From an uncultured Clostridia bacterium (GTDB lineage Bacteria > Bacillota > Clostridia > Christensenellales > UBA1242), in the NCBI GenBank assembly GCA_944381215.1, contig CALWKF010000004.1:24657-88656 (forward strand): a stretch of DNA of 64,000 bases. Reading direction: 5' to 3'. Under the pieces are notes generated by a model. The model worked only from the letters and a program-made list of their open reading frames with translations, made no database searches and had not been told where the DNA came from. The translations under genes and the position numbers were made by a program. Shown one piece after another: positions 35,744 through 46,217 of this stretch; the stretch's first letter is position 1, and each line of letters opens with the position of its first letter.

Positions 35744-37165
35744 TTAGTTTTGGGAAAGTTGCTCGTGCTGGGCATTAAGCTCGCGCTCGGTCTCGAGATT
35801 TAAGTATGGGTAGAGTGCTGAGATGTGATTGGTATTTAGGTACGGCCGTTGTACCTCTGGGTCGTGAAGACTGTTTAAAAAGTACTCCTCGAGACTTGGG
35901 GACAGCGTGATTAAGTCTTTGTTCAGGTCTTGTGCAAATAGATTAATTTTCCAAAAATACTCGGTACGCCCGCCAGGCCTGTTTCCCGTGTAGAGTGCGT
36001 TTTTCGTGGTTATCGTGAATGGGAGCACATCGTTCTTCTTTTCCTCTGAGTTGAGGGGGATTTGTGTTGTTAGGTAGGTCTTGTACTGCGTCGCTATATC
36101 CCTGATATTTTGGTCGAACTTGCCGTTTTTTAAATGCTCGATAAGTTCGTTCTGCCCGCGCAGGAATACCGCCGTTTCCTCTGGAGTGAATGAGTATCTT
36201 GTCTTTTTCTGCAAAGTGGTCTCGATTTCTTGAAGGGTGCTGTTAATCAGTCTCTGTTTTATAATATACTCGAGGTACTCATCCATATCCAGATTCTTGC
36301 CCTCGACCCACACGCGCGTACCATCCGCCCACAGCGAGCGAATCGCGCGCTCGCGCTCGGCGTCCACCATTTTAAATATTATCGTGCGCTCATGGTTAAA
36401 GGAAGATGTCTGGTACTCAGGGTCTTCGCCAAAACCGATGTACGGGGCATCTTTTATCGTGGCAAGCAACGGGTTGCGCCGTTCCGCGCCCTCAAAAATT
36501 TGAGGTTTTTTAGCATAAATGTCCTTTAAAAGCTCGACATACTTCGAGGCATTTTCGTAGGTCGTGTAGATTAAAAAGGAGTCGTTTCGGCTGTCATCGG
36601 CGGAAAACTTGAAGTGCATCGGCAGATTTGTCTGCCAGCAGTACCGCGCCACCTCATCAGCCAGGGGAATTATATTTTCAGTCTTTGCGTTAATATAGAG
36701 GCGCACGGTGTTTTGGGAGTCATTGTTAAAAAAGTTGTATATATGCAAAAAGCCGTTCATATAAAACGACTGGTTCTTTACGACACGCAGTTGTTTTGAA
36801 GGAAATATTTGCGAAAAATCTTGGGTAAAAAACTTATAATACCCGCCATTTCTCTCGATATTTTCAGGCTTAAACTCGGGGCTGTTACGCACGCGCATTG
36901 TCTCATTATATGCGGGGCTTGTGGTGTCTGTCGGCGTATGTTTGCACACGAAATCATACCAGTAGCCGTAGATATTTTTTAAAAAATTCAAGATGTCCTC
37001 ATCCTCGATTTCGGTGTTTGATCTGTGCGCATTCACGCTCACCAATTGCCCGTACGGCACTAAAATTCGGTCCCGCGATATTTTTTCGATATAGTCGATT
37101 AAATTGTTGTAATTTTGGGTATCAAAGACTACATTTTTTAAAAACGCTCTTTTATTACTATCCAT
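35744..37165 (-). CDS. Hypothetical protein (473 aa), last gene of the ychF-linked cluster
   Basis: ATG follows AGGGGGG. The central pattern RLYINAK...FKFSADDSRNDSFLIYT reminds me of HopA1-type family proteins, a weak assignment made from memory. Confidence 0.6.
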   Translation of the reverse strand: MDSNKRAFLKNVVFDTQNYNNLIDYIEKISRDRILVPYGQLVSVNAHRSNTEIEDEDILNFLKNIYGYWYDFVCKHTPTDTTSPAYNETMRVRNSPEFKPENIERNGGYYKFFTQDFSQIFPSKQLRVVKNQSFYMNGFLHIYNFFNNDSQNTVRLYINAKTENIIPLADEVARYCWQTNLPMHFKFSADDSRNDSFLIYTTYENASKYVELLKDIYAKKPQIFEGAERRNPLLATIKDAPYIGFGEDPEYQTSSFNHERTIIFKMVDAERERAIRSLWADGTRVWVEGKNLDMDEYLEYIIKQRLINSTLQEIETTLQKKTRYSFTPEETAVFLRGQNELIEHLKNGKFDQNIRDIATQYKTYLTTQIPLNSEEKKNDVLPFTITTKNALYTGNRPGGRTEYFWKINLFAQDLNKDLITLSPSLEEYFLNSLHDPEVQRPYLNTNHISALYPYLNLETERELNAQHEQLSQN

Positions 37166-37238
37166 TTTTCCCCCCTTTATTACCAAATTTGTCTATATAA
37201 AATAAAAAATTTTGCTTTTGCAAAAAATTTTTTATGTA

Positions 37239-37712
37239 TTATGATTTCATAATTTCGCGGTCGAGAGTAGGGGCGCGGTGGCTTGCTTTCTCAATGGTCT
37301 CATCCAGCGCGCGCTCTAGTTTAGTCGATCTGGTGTAAAGGCTGTTGTATAGTGCCTTTGTGGCTAAGTTAAAGGTGTTGCCACGGTACCCGTTTTCGAT
37401 TAATGTAAGCTCCAAGTTGTCGCGCTCAGTCGCCACCTTTATCGGCACAGCACGCAAGACATTGTTAGAAAACCGCCCGAGTTTAGTCGCCGCCACTTGT
37501 TCAAGCTCCGCCTCCTCGGGCGCGTTTAGTACATTTTGATAAAACTCTGCCAGGCTACTCGCGATATCTCCCACTGTTTCGTTCGCAAACAGCGACACCT
37601 GGGCCTGTTCGTCGGCCCGCAAATTCTCCGCCGCATCCACGTTAAATTGTTGGAGCATCTCGCGGAAATTGTTCCAAAATTGCTTGTTTTGTTTTTCTAA
37701 AAATTCTTGCAT
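37239..37712 (-). CDS. Hypothetical protein (157 aa)
   Basis: RBS GGGAGG precedes the ATG. It starts 18 nt downstream of ychF. The product looks helical and acidic, with no family recognised. Confidence 0.6.
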   Translation of the reverse strand: MQEFLEKQNKQFWNNFREMLQQFNVDAAENLRADEQAQVSLFANETVGDIASSLAEFYQNVLNAPEEAELEQVAATKLGRFSNNVLRAVPIKVATERDNLELTLIENGYRGNTFNLATKALYNSLYTRSTKLERALDETIEKASHRAPTLDREIMKS

Positions 37713-37729
37713 AGCACACCTCCCAAAGT

Positions 37730-38824
37730 CTACACATTAAAGCGGAATAGCATCACATCGCCATCCTCGACCACATAATCTTTGCCTTCCATACGCACCT
37801 TGCCCGCCTCTTTCGCCTCGTTAAAGCCCCCGCACGCGACCAAAGTATCATACGGCACGACCTCGGCCTTGATAAACCCGCGCTCAAAGTCCGTGTGGAT
37901 GACCCCAGCGGCAGCAGGTGCTTTTGTGCCCTTTTTAATAGTCCACGCGCGCACCTCTTTTTCGCCAGCGGTTAGGTAACTAATTAGGCCGAGTAGAGAG
38001 TAACTAGCCTTGATAAGCCTGTTTAGTCCCGACTCCTTGATGCCGAACTCGCGCTTGTACTCCTCGAGTTCATCGGGGGTGAGGGTGGCAAGGTCAGCTT
38101 CTAAGTTTGCACAAATTTCGAGGTATTCAGCCTTCTCCTTGTTCGCAATCTCGCGCACGGCCACAATGTTTGGCTCCAACGCGGGGTCCGCCATTTGCTC
38201 CTGACTAATGTTTGCGACATACAAGGTAGGCTTTGCGGTAATCAAAAAGGCACCCTTTAGAATTTTTTGCTCATCCTCGGTTAAACTCAAACTGCGTGCA
38301 GGCTCGCCTTTCTTTAAGTGTTCAAGTGCGAGAGTGTACACACTAAACTGCTCCTTTGCCACCTTGTCCCCAGAGCGCGCCAGTTTTTCGACCCTGCCGA
38401 TTTGCTTTTCTAGCGACTCAATATCGGCTAGTATCAATTCAAGATTAATAGTCTCGATATCGCGGGCGGGGTTAATGCCACCCTCGACGTGAATGATGTT
38501 CGAGTCCTCAAAGCACCTTACCACGTGAATAATCGCATCGACCTCGCGGATGTGGGAGAGGAATTTGTTGCCCAAGCCCTCGCCCTTGGATGCGCCCCGA
38601 ACTAACCCCGCAATGTCCACAAACTCAATGGTCGCGGGCGTGATTTTCTGCGTGTTGTACATGCGCCCCAGCACCTCGAGGCGTTCATCGGGCACGGACA
38701 CCATGCCCACATTCGGCTCAATCGTGCAGAAGGGGTAGTTTGCGCTCTGCGCGCCAGCCTGTGTTAGGGCATTAAATAATGTGCTTTTGCCGACATTTGG
38801 CAGTCCTACAATACCTAGTTTCAT
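37730..38824 (-). CDS. ychF: Ribosome-binding ATPase YchF
   Basis: [18 protein letters not shown], the TIEPNVG motif, and the C-terminal GFIKAEV...[19 protein letters not shown]. Confidence 0.95.
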   Translation of the reverse strand: MKLGIVGLPNVGKSTLFNALTQAGAQSANYPFCTIEPNVGMVSVPDERLEVLGRMYNTQKITPATIEFVDIAGLVRGASKGEGLGNKFLSHIREVDAIIHVVRCFEDSNIIHVEGGINPARDIETINLELILADIESLEKQIGRVEKLARSGDKVAKEQFSVYTLALEHLKKGEPARSLSLTEDEQKILKGAFLITAKPTLYVANISQEQMADPALEPNIVAVREIANKEKAEYLEICANLEADLATLTPDELEEYKREFGIKESGLNRLIKASYSLLGLISYLTAGEKEVRAWTIKKGTKAPAAAGVIHTDFERGFIKAEVVPYDTLVACGGFNEAKEAGKVRMEGKDYVVEDGDVMLFRFNV

Positions 38825-38966
38825 AATTTTCTCCTTATAATAAATATTATATAGGAATTTAGCGTATTTGTCTAGTATTTTCGCGCGCGATTTTATTTTA
38901 CCCCTTGAAAAACGCGAATAAAAGTGCTATTATATATAAGAATAACAAGGGATGCGGGAGGAAAAT

Positions 38967-40442
38967 ATGAACCAGCCGAAGCAGTTTTCGAGCCCAAAAG
39001 AACGCGAGGAGTATATAGCCTCACTTTCCGCATATGCACTGCTACTTTCGAGTTTAAATAATGATGCGGACTATCTTGCTACGCGGAATGAGCGTGAGAT
39101 TGCTATACTTTCAATCATTGCCACCGCGCCTGAGTTGTGCGATGAAAAGAATATTCGCGAACTCGTTGAGGCAAAGATTGTGCCTGAAAAGTACATCTTA
39201 AACCGTGAGAAGCGTACGACAGGGCGGAGCGGGGTAACAAATCTATACGAGCGTAAAATTAGAGGAGTGGTCGAGAGTTCGGTAGCCGACAATTTTAGCA
39301 TGCCGAAATATAACATAGATACGATTATACACGAGTTGATACATGTTTTAGGCTCGGCTAGTATTACGACGAACTGCGACACTCTTCAACAGCATGAGGA
39401 ATTCAATGAGAAGTTTAAAAACACCCGCATGATGATTATTGAGGGAACTGTCGAAGGCATGACTAGGAATGTGATGTCGACCCCGCGCTTTTTTGAAATT
39501 TGCGAGGAGCGGAACTATACCCCGAAACCGATTTCAAACAACTACGACCTCGAGGTGGGGCTAATCGGGCTTATGAACCTTGCCTATAATGATGATTTTG
39601 AGAAGTGGCACGCATTGGGACCTAAGTATGAATCGGTCTTTTTTACCGAAGAGCGGACCCTGCCTAGATCGTTGCGTGTGATATTTGAAATGTTTGGGAC
39701 GTTTTATACTAATGAGCGCGACAGCGCAATAGATGACCGTGTAGCAAATTATAATAATAATACTACTACAACGACTCCGCTTGAGTACCATAAAAAACTG
39801 CCTGCGTGGATAACCGCGATTGTTAGAAAATTAGTGCCCGAATTAATTGAGGCAAATTTAAATCAAGAGGCAGTTGTGCGTCTACACGATTACTTAAACA
39901 AAATCGAGCGCGTGTTTACCGACCTTGAGTTTGACAAAGTGGGGTTGCTTCCCCTTTGTAACTCCTTGCGCGCGCATTACCCACTCGACTTTTCACGCGT
40001 AAATAAAATTCTCGAAAATGTCCCCGAGGCAAAGCCGATAACGCTGTTTAGCAGTGGCAAAGTAAAGGTGACTAGCGAATACCCACGACTAAAACTCGAG
40101 GCGGAGGCCCTGCGCTCCGAAATTTTCGACCCCGTGGTGCGCGCAAAATACATTGAGACCCTACAGAGGTGTCGAGAGGAGGAGAGTATGATAAAATATG
40201 CCGAGTACTTAAAGGCAAAGCACGGGGACAAACTAAAAGTGCGCACCCCTCGGGAGTTTTTACAAAAGGTGAGCACGATTGCCCTCGCGTGCCAGGACTG
40301 GGACACTTTGTTCTACCTAGACACCCTCACGGATGAAACTAGCAAAATCAGTCGAAAGAGTAAATTGGAAAGCCTGAAAAACGAGCGCGAGGCAGAAAAG
40401 AGCATCGAAAGTTATTTTGAGAATTTGCACCAAACCCGCTAA
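38967..40442 (+). CDS. Hypothetical protein with an HExxH motif
   Basis: ATG follows GGGAGG. IIHELIHVLG contains HELIH. No other family features recognised. Confidence 0.55.
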   Translation: MNQPKQFSSPKEREEYIASLSAYALLLSSLNNDADYLATRNEREIAILSIIATAPELCDEKNIRELVEAKIVPEKYILNREKRTTGRSGVTNLYERKIRGVVESSVADNFSMPKYNIDTIIHELIHVLGSASITTNCDTLQQHEEFNEKFKNTRMMIIEGTVEGMTRNVMSTPRFFEICEERNYTPKPISNNYDLEVGLIGLMNLAYNDDFEKWHALGPKYESVFFTEERTLPRSLRVIFEMFGTFYTNERDSAIDDRVANYNNNTTTTTPLEYHKKLPAWITAIVRKLVPELIEANLNQEAVVRLHDYLNKIERVFTDLEFDKVGLLPLCNSLRAHYPLDFSRVNKILENVPEAKPITLFSSGKVKVTSEYPRLKLEAEALRSEIFDPVVRAKYIETLQRCREEESMIKYAEYLKAKHGDKLKVRTPREFLQKVSTIALACQDWDTLFYLDTLTDETSKISRKSKLESLKNEREAEKSIESYFENLHQTR

Positions 40443-40446
40443 ATTT

Positions 40447-40488
40447 ACGCACTATGTGGCAGATTTTTGCCAGTATAGTGCGTTTTTT
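40447..40488 (+). terminator. Rho-independent terminator
   Basis: Stem CGCACTAT...ATAGTGCG with an inner TGGCA/TGCCA, then TTTTTT. Confidence 0.75.
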
Positions 40489-40773
40489 GTTAACAATCTC
40501 CAAAAGAAGAATAAAAGCATATTGGTGGCCATTTGAAATCTATTTACTTTTTAAACTTATTTAAAGTAGTAATATTTTTGCCATTTAATAGAATAAAATC
40601 AGTATAGTTTAAATTGCCATAAAAACATTAATTTTATAAATAAAAAAATAGAATTTTAATCAATAATGCTTAATAAACAAAGTGGGCGCATTTATCTAAA
40701 TTGTGAAATCGTTTGATTTCGCTTTATTTTTTATCTGTTTTTAGATATAATAAATTAAAAAGGAGGGTATGGC

Positions 40774-43428
40774 TTGGGGAAAAAGTTACATAGTCTAGAC
40801 ACAAATGCGGTGCTACTTGAAATGAAAACCAGCAAAAACGGCCTCACAACGTCCGAGGCGAGTGCAAGGCTAGAAAACTACGGCGCAAACACCTTAGTAA
40901 CAAAAAAGCGTCGCTCGAAACTCGCCATGTTTTTCGCGCAATTTAAGGACTTTATGCTCCTAATTTTGATTGCCGCGGCAGTGGTTACGGGGATTGTAGC
41001 GATAGTGTCCAAAACGTACGAGGACCTAATCGACGTCGGCATAATTTTAGCCATTGTGATACTGAACGCTATTATCGGCTTTATTCAAGAAAACAAGGCC
41101 GAGAACGCGCTAGCGAGCCTCAAAAAAATGAGCGAGCCCACGGCCAAGGTTTACCGCGACAACCGCCTTATTGTGATTCCCACCACCGAAATCGTGCCTG
41201 GCGACATCGTCTATTTCGAGGCGGGGGACGTCGTGTGCGCTGACTGCTATATAATCGAGGCGACTGCCTTGAAGTCTGACGAAAGCTCGCTAACTGGTGA
41301 GTCCGTGGTGGTCGAGAAGGAAGCGGGTATTGCTCTATCCGAGGACATCTCGCTCGGCGATCGAAAGAATATGCTGTACTCGGGGTGCGTGATTACCTAT
41401 GGCAAGGGATTAGGCTGTGTTGTGGCAACGGGCATGCAGACCGAAATCGGCAAGATTGCGGGCATGATTGAGGCGCAAGAGGACGAAAAGACCCCCATTC
41501 AACAAAAACTCGACCGTTTGGGCAAGTGGATAACGATTGCCATACTCGCGATTGCGGTCGTGATATTTATAATAAATGTGGTGATTAAGGACTCCCATGA
41601 CGTGCTGGATGCCTTGCTCGTGGCAATCGCAATTGCAGTGGCGGCTATTCCTGAGAGCCTGCCCGCCGTAATCACGGTCATTATGGCCACGGGCGTCAGC
41701 CGAATGAGCAAACAGCGCGCAATCATCCGCAAAATGCACGCGGTTGAGACCTTGGGCTCGTGCCAAATCATCTGTACGGACAAGACGGGCACGCTGACTC
41801 AAAATAAAATGACCTTGACTGGCATATACACGAATAATAAGTTGTATTTTCATAAAGAAATGGCGGAAGTAAACGCGCCAAAGCTGTTTGAATGCATGCT
41901 ACTATGTAACGACTGCATCGTAAATGGTAAGGAGATTTTGGGCGACCCTACTGAGGTGGTGCAGGTCGAGGGTGCTAGGAAACTTGGCTACAACTATTTA
42001 GACACAAACGCCAAATACCCGCGCGTAGCGGAATTGCCCTTTGACTCGGTGCGCAAGATGATGACTTGTTTTCACAAGACCCCCAGCGGTATCGTAGGGT
42101 TTACCAAGGGCGCACCCGATATCACTCTCAACCTCTGCACGCGCATCAATATCAACGGCAGAAGCAGGCCTATAACTCCTGCCGACCGCGAGGAAATTGC
42201 GGGCATTATCGAGGAGTTAGGTAATCGCGGGCTCCGTACCCTTGCATTCGGTTACCGCGAGTACGATAAAAAGGCGAACTTTACTAACGACGACGAGTGC
42301 GATTTTACCTTCCTAGGAATTACCGCCGTGCGCGACCCGCCACGCGAGACGAGTGCTGAGGCAGTGGCTACGTGTAAGACGGCTGGAATCAAGCCCGTAA
42401 TGATTACTGGCGACTATCCTACGACTGCCCGCGAGATTGCACGCGAAATTGGAATTTATAGTGAAGGCGACCTCATTTACACGGGGGCGGAACTTGACAA
42501 ACTCAGCGAGGCGGAATACCTGAGTCTTATCGATAAAATTACCGTCTACGCGCGCGTTAGCCCCGAACACAAGGTGCGAATCGTCGAGGGCTGGAAGAAA
42601 AAAGGATGCGTGGTCGCTATGACGGGCGACGGCGTAAACGATGCCCCGAGTATCAAGGCCGCGAACATCGGTATCGGTATGGGTAAGTCGGGCACCGAGG
42701 TTACAAAGGAAGTTGCCGACATGGTGCTGACTGATGACAACTTCGCAACAATAGTGGGTGCCGTCAGCGAAGGGCGAAAGATTTACACGAACATTAAAAA
42801 GGTCATCCAATTCCTATTCGGCACCAACTTTGTCGAGGTCCTCTCGCTACTCTTAGTTACTCTCATCAGCCCGACGCTCGGCTTTTTATCGGCAATGCAA
42901 ATTCTCTTTATAAACCTCATTACCGACGCACTGCCAGCACTTTCGCTATCCGTCGAGCGCGCGGAAAAAGACATAATGTCGAAACCTCCTAGGCCTAGTA
43001 AAGAGGGCCTGTTTGCTGGGATTTGGGGCGTAATGACTACCCAAGTCGTGTGGCAAACGGGGCTAGTTGTGGGCACGTTCTATATAACTCACGCACTCAC
43101 GGGGGACAACGTGCTCGCAACCACCATGGCCTTTGCCGTGCTCTCACTCTCGCAAATTTTCCACCTAATCAATGTCCGTACGACCCACAGCATTTTTTCT
43201 GTCAACCCCTTCCACAACAAGCTGTTTTGGACGACGCTCGTGCTGTGCCTAATTATCAACATCGCCGTTGTCGCGATTCCCGCAGTTGCTGGCGTGTTCG
43301 GCCTTGTGCCACTTAGCATTATTCAATGGCTAATCGTGTTCGGCCTCTCGATTTCAATCATCCCAATAATCGAAATCTACAAACTGATTGCGCTTCTAAT
43401 CAAACAGCGCAAGGCACGTAAAATCTAA
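40774..43428 (+). CDS. P-type (type II, Ca2+-transporting-like) cation ATPase
   Basis: TTG start lies 6 nt after AGGAGGG; the nearby ATG at 40769 is out of frame. Motifs present are TGES, ICTDKTGTLT, TGD, GDGVNDAPS and an N-terminal Cation_ATPase_N-like segment. Confidence 0.93.
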   Translation: MGKKLHSLDTNAVLLEMKTSKNGLTTSEASARLENYGANTLVTKKRRSKLAMFFAQFKDFMLLILIAAAVVTGIVAIVSKTYEDLIDVGIILAIVILNAIIGFIQENKAENALASLKKMSEPTAKVYRDNRLIVIPTTEIVPGDIVYFEAGDVVCADCYIIEATALKSDESSLTGESVVVEKEAGIALSEDISLGDRKNMLYSGCVITYGKGLGCVVATGMQTEIGKIAGMIEAQEDEKTPIQQKLDRLGKWITIAILAIAVVIFIINVVIKDSHDVLDALLVAIAIAVAAIPESLPAVITVIMATGVSRMSKQRAIIRKMHAVETLGSCQIICTDKTGTLTQNKMTLTGIYTNNKLYFHKEMAEVNAPKLFECMLLCNDCIVNGKEILGDPTEVVQVEGARKLGYNYLDTNAKYPRVAELPFDSVRKMMTCFHKTPSGIVGFTKGAPDITLNLCTRININGRSRPITPADREEIAGIIEELGNRGLRTLAFGYREYDKKANFTNDDECDFTFLGITAVRDPPRETSAEAVATCKTAGIKPVMITGDYPTTAREIAREIGIYSEGDLIYTGAELDKLSEAEYLSLIDKITVYARVSPEHKVRIVEGWKKKGCVVAMTGDGVNDAPSIKAANIGIGMGKSGTEVTKEVADMVLTDDNFATIVGAVSEGRKIYTNIKKVIQFLFGTNFVEVLSLLLVTLISPTLGFLSAMQILFINLITDALPALSLSVERAEKDIMSKPPRPSKEGLFAGIWGVMTTQVVWQTGLVVGTFYITHALTGDNVLATTMAFAVLSLSQIFHLINVRTTHSIFSVNPFHNKLFWTTLVLCLIINIAVVAIPAVAGVFGLVPLSIIQWLIVFGLSISIIPIIEIYKLIALLIKQRKARKI

Positions 43429-43508
43429 CTTAAAATATTTTTGGCCCCAAGTTGAACTGAACTCCAAATAGCAGACACAAATAAAAAACTTTTTTGTGTA
43501 TTCTATAC

Positions 43509-43602
43509 AAACACTAGTCTATATTAGGCTAGTGTTTTTGTTTAAGAGGCAGGAATGAGATTCTTCGTCTCAGGCTTACGCGGGTCGAGGCTCAGAATGA
43601 CC
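43509..43602. repeat. Mosaic repeat locus R5: conserved hairpin plus A-module
   Basis: AACACTAG...CTAGTGTT hairpin at 43509-43537, then GAGGCAGGAATGAGATTCTTCGTCTCAGGCTTACGCGGGTCGAGGCTCAGAATGACC at 43547-43602. Confidence 0.9.
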
Positions 43603-43754
43603 AATTATTTTATTGCTATAGAGAAAGTGGAATGGGTCAGGTTTTAAGTGATTGTTTGTGTTTGTTTATTTTGGTCAAAAAACGCTGTTGAATAGGAGAT
43701 TTTCTTTGATTTTTGGTTAGTTTTGTGTTATGATTAAATAATCAAGGAGGGGCG

Positions 43755-44462
43755 ATGTCAGGCTTTTTTTCGTTTTTCTCGTGGCAACAGGTTGTGCTGT
43801 GTGGCACGGTGCTTTTGTTTTATGTCGCATTGATTGTCGTGCTTCACCGCTGTTCGTTGCGTACACGCCGATTCGCCGTCTACACGGGGGCATTCGTGCT
43901 CTTGCTCCTCGAAATCATGCGATACACCGTGCTGTCCGTCAACCGTGGCGGGTTTAGTATGGAGATTTTATCCTTCCAGTTCTGCAACATTTTGGCCTTT
44001 TATATTCCTGTGTCCATTTTGTTTTTCCGCAACCGTTACCTGTACGGCTCGAGTGCGCTTTTTGGCTTTGTGGCGGGGCTCGCAATCGTCTTGCTACCAT
44101 TTTCGGTCATCGACAATTCGCGCCCAATCGAGTTTTTGACGGTCCAGAGCATTATCTCGCACGGACTCATGGCCTTTTTAGGCTACATGCTGATTGCTAG
44201 CAAAATGTATGTGCCAAAACTTCGCGACTTTGCGCCACTGATGTCCATTTTTCTAATGTTCTGCGCCTACATGAAACTGATGTGCTACATCCGCGGGGCA
44301 AACTACTTTGGGCTTACTGAGTTCTTGCTGTTTGGCTGGGGCGAGGTGCTGTCCTTTCCCGTCTACTTCTTCCTAATCTATGTGCCAGGCGCGATGCTGT
44401 TAATCGCAGGGTTACTATATATAACTTCTAGGCTTTGTGCCCGAATAAAACGCACGGAATGA
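43755..44462 (+). CDS. Polytopic integral membrane protein (possibly YwaF/TIGR02206-like)
   Basis: RBS AAGGAGGGG precedes the ATG. About 7 TM helices. The family assignment is only a guess. Confidence 0.55.
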   Translation: MSGFFSFFSWQQVVLCGTVLLFYVALIVVLHRCSLRTRRFAVYTGAFVLLLLEIMRYTVLSVNRGGFSMEILSFQFCNILAFYIPVSILFFRNRYLYGSSALFGFVAGLAIVLLPFSVIDNSRPIEFLTVQSIISHGLMAFLGYMLIASKMYVPKLRDFAPLMSIFLMFCAYMKLMCYIRGANYFGLTEFLLFGWGEVLSFPVYFFLIYVPGAMLLIAGLLYITSRLCARIKRTE

Positions 44463-44548
44463 AAAATTCAAAAAAATCAAAAAAAATTATTAAAAATTCA
44501 CATTTTTTACACATTCGCGCACTAAAATTACGCGTTGGAGATGAGAAA

Positions 44549-45946
44549 ATGCAAGTTAAATCAAAACAAAATTTAGTTAAAATTTGTGCTTTAATTTTTA
44601 TGCTAGTTTTGTTGCCCGTAGTTATTTTATTTGCGGGTTGTGGCGAGGTGGGGAAGTCGATTACATCGATTGAAAAGACCGACTCGACGGGCCTGGTCGA
44701 TACTTATACTATTACTTATAGCGACGGCTCGACCTACGACTTTACAATCACGAACGGCGCAAACGGCCTAAATGGAGCCGACGGCGAGGACGCAGTAACC
44801 GACTACTACGACGTTTACCAGTCGGCAGTCGAACAGGGATACTCGGGTAGTTACATAGACTTTTTGAGTACTGTACTGTCTGCCGAGCCCGACAACTCTT
44901 ATGCTGTAAACGTGGCCCTGCTTTCTAGCGTCAGCGTCTACTGCGACTTTACCCAGGACGTCTACGACTTCAACTGGATGGGCCAGTACTACAAGGCTGG
45001 CGAGCGGGCTTACCAGAGCATCGGCTCTGGAATTATTTACAAGTTCGACAAAGATTCGGGGACTGCGTACATAATCACCAATTACCACGTGGTATATAGT
45101 GCAAATAGTAATGCTGAAAAGATTAGCAATAGTATCAACATCTACCTTTACGGTTCGAGCGACACCGCGATTCCCGCAACCTACGTGGGCGGGGCAATGA
45201 ACTACGACATCGCGGTCCTAAAGGTCGAGAACAGCGACTTTTTAAAGACCTCTAACGCCCGCGCAGTAGATTTGGCTACCGAAGAGGTAGCGGTGGGTGA
45301 CAGCGCGATTGCCGTTGGGAACCCCGAGGCACTGGGTATCAGCGCGACTCAAGGCATTATCAGTGTCGACAGCGAGTACATGACCATGACGGGCCCCGAC
45401 AATGTTACTCAAATTACCTTCCGCAGTATGCGAATCGACACCTCGATTAACAGCGGGAACTCGGGCGGTGGCCTCTTTAACAACAAGGGCGAACTGATTG
45501 GAATCGTCAACTCCAAGGCCAACAGCAGTACGATTGAAAACATCGCATATGCAATTCCTCTGGACATCGCAATTGGCGTGGCTGAAAACGCAATTTACTA
45601 TAACGACGGCGGTATTCAGGTTTACACGCTCGGTGCAACCTTGACGGGCGAGAATTCGTACGCATACTACGACGAGGAAAACAGTGTTACCCGTATCCGC
45701 GAGGACGTCGTCGTTACCGCAGTGAGTGGCTCTGTCGCTAGCGAAATCGCTTTGCAGAGTGGCGACGTAATCACCTCGATTGCGATAAACGGCGTAACCA
45801 CCACAATCACTCGTGCGTACATGGTCGACGACCTCATGCTCACCATTCGCCCCGATGATGAGGTTACCATAAACTTCACCCGCTCGGGCCAAAGCATGAC
45901 CGCCACAATCACCGCATCTAGCGACGACTTTACCGAATACTCGTAA
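44549..45946 (+). CDS. HtrA/DegP-like S1C serine protease lipoprotein with a PDZ-like C-terminus
   Basis: ATG follows GGAGATGAG. Lipobox LFAGC. Catalytic triad contexts are TNYHVV, NYDIAVLKV and GNSGGGLFN. The upstream part of the ORF-track frame is A-tract spacer. Confidence 0.85.
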   Translation: MQVKSKQNLVKICALIFMLVLLPVVILFAGCGEVGKSITSIEKTDSTGLVDTYTITYSDGSTYDFTITNGANGLNGADGEDAVTDYYDVYQSAVEQGYSGSYIDFLSTVLSAEPDNSYAVNVALLSSVSVYCDFTQDVYDFNWMGQYYKAGERAYQSIGSGIIYKFDKDSGTAYIITNYHVVYSANSNAEKISNSINIYLYGSSDTAIPATYVGGAMNYDIAVLKVENSDFLKTSNARAVDLATEEVAVGDSAIAVGNPEALGISATQGIISVDSEYMTMTGPDNVTQITFRSMRIDTSINSGNSGGGLFNNKGELIGIVNSKANSSTIENIAYAIPLDIAIGVAENAIYYNDGGIQVYTLGATLTGENSYAYYDEENSVTRIREDVVVTAVSGSVASEIALQSGDVITSIAINGVTTTITRAYMVDDLMLTIRPDDEVTINFTRSGQSMTATITASSDDFTEYS

Positions 45947-46217
45947 TTTTATAATAATTTAAAAATAAATAATTTACATAGAAATTTGCTGTATTTCAAA
46001 AATATAAAATATACAATTTATTTGCAGAAATTGGTAAAATAAATTATAATTTTCGAATAACTTATTATAAGCAGAAATATTTAATAAATTTTAATTAAAT
46101 AGAAAGTAATGTTTAATAAATTTTAATTAAATATAAAAAAATACTTAATAATTAATTAAAAAACAAGCAAAATGCTTGTTTTTTGTCATTTTATTTAGTT
46201 TTTGCATATATAAGTGT

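Noticed and set aside
40769-40771. ATG as the start of the P-type ATPase
   Set aside because: It is out of frame with the ORF. The in-frame TTG at 40774 sits 6 nt after AGGAGGG.
45242-45912. 216-aa and 81-aa ORFs antisense to the HtrA-like protease gene
   Set aside because: The sense frame carries the full catalytic triad and PDZ region, and the antisense frames lack RBSs.
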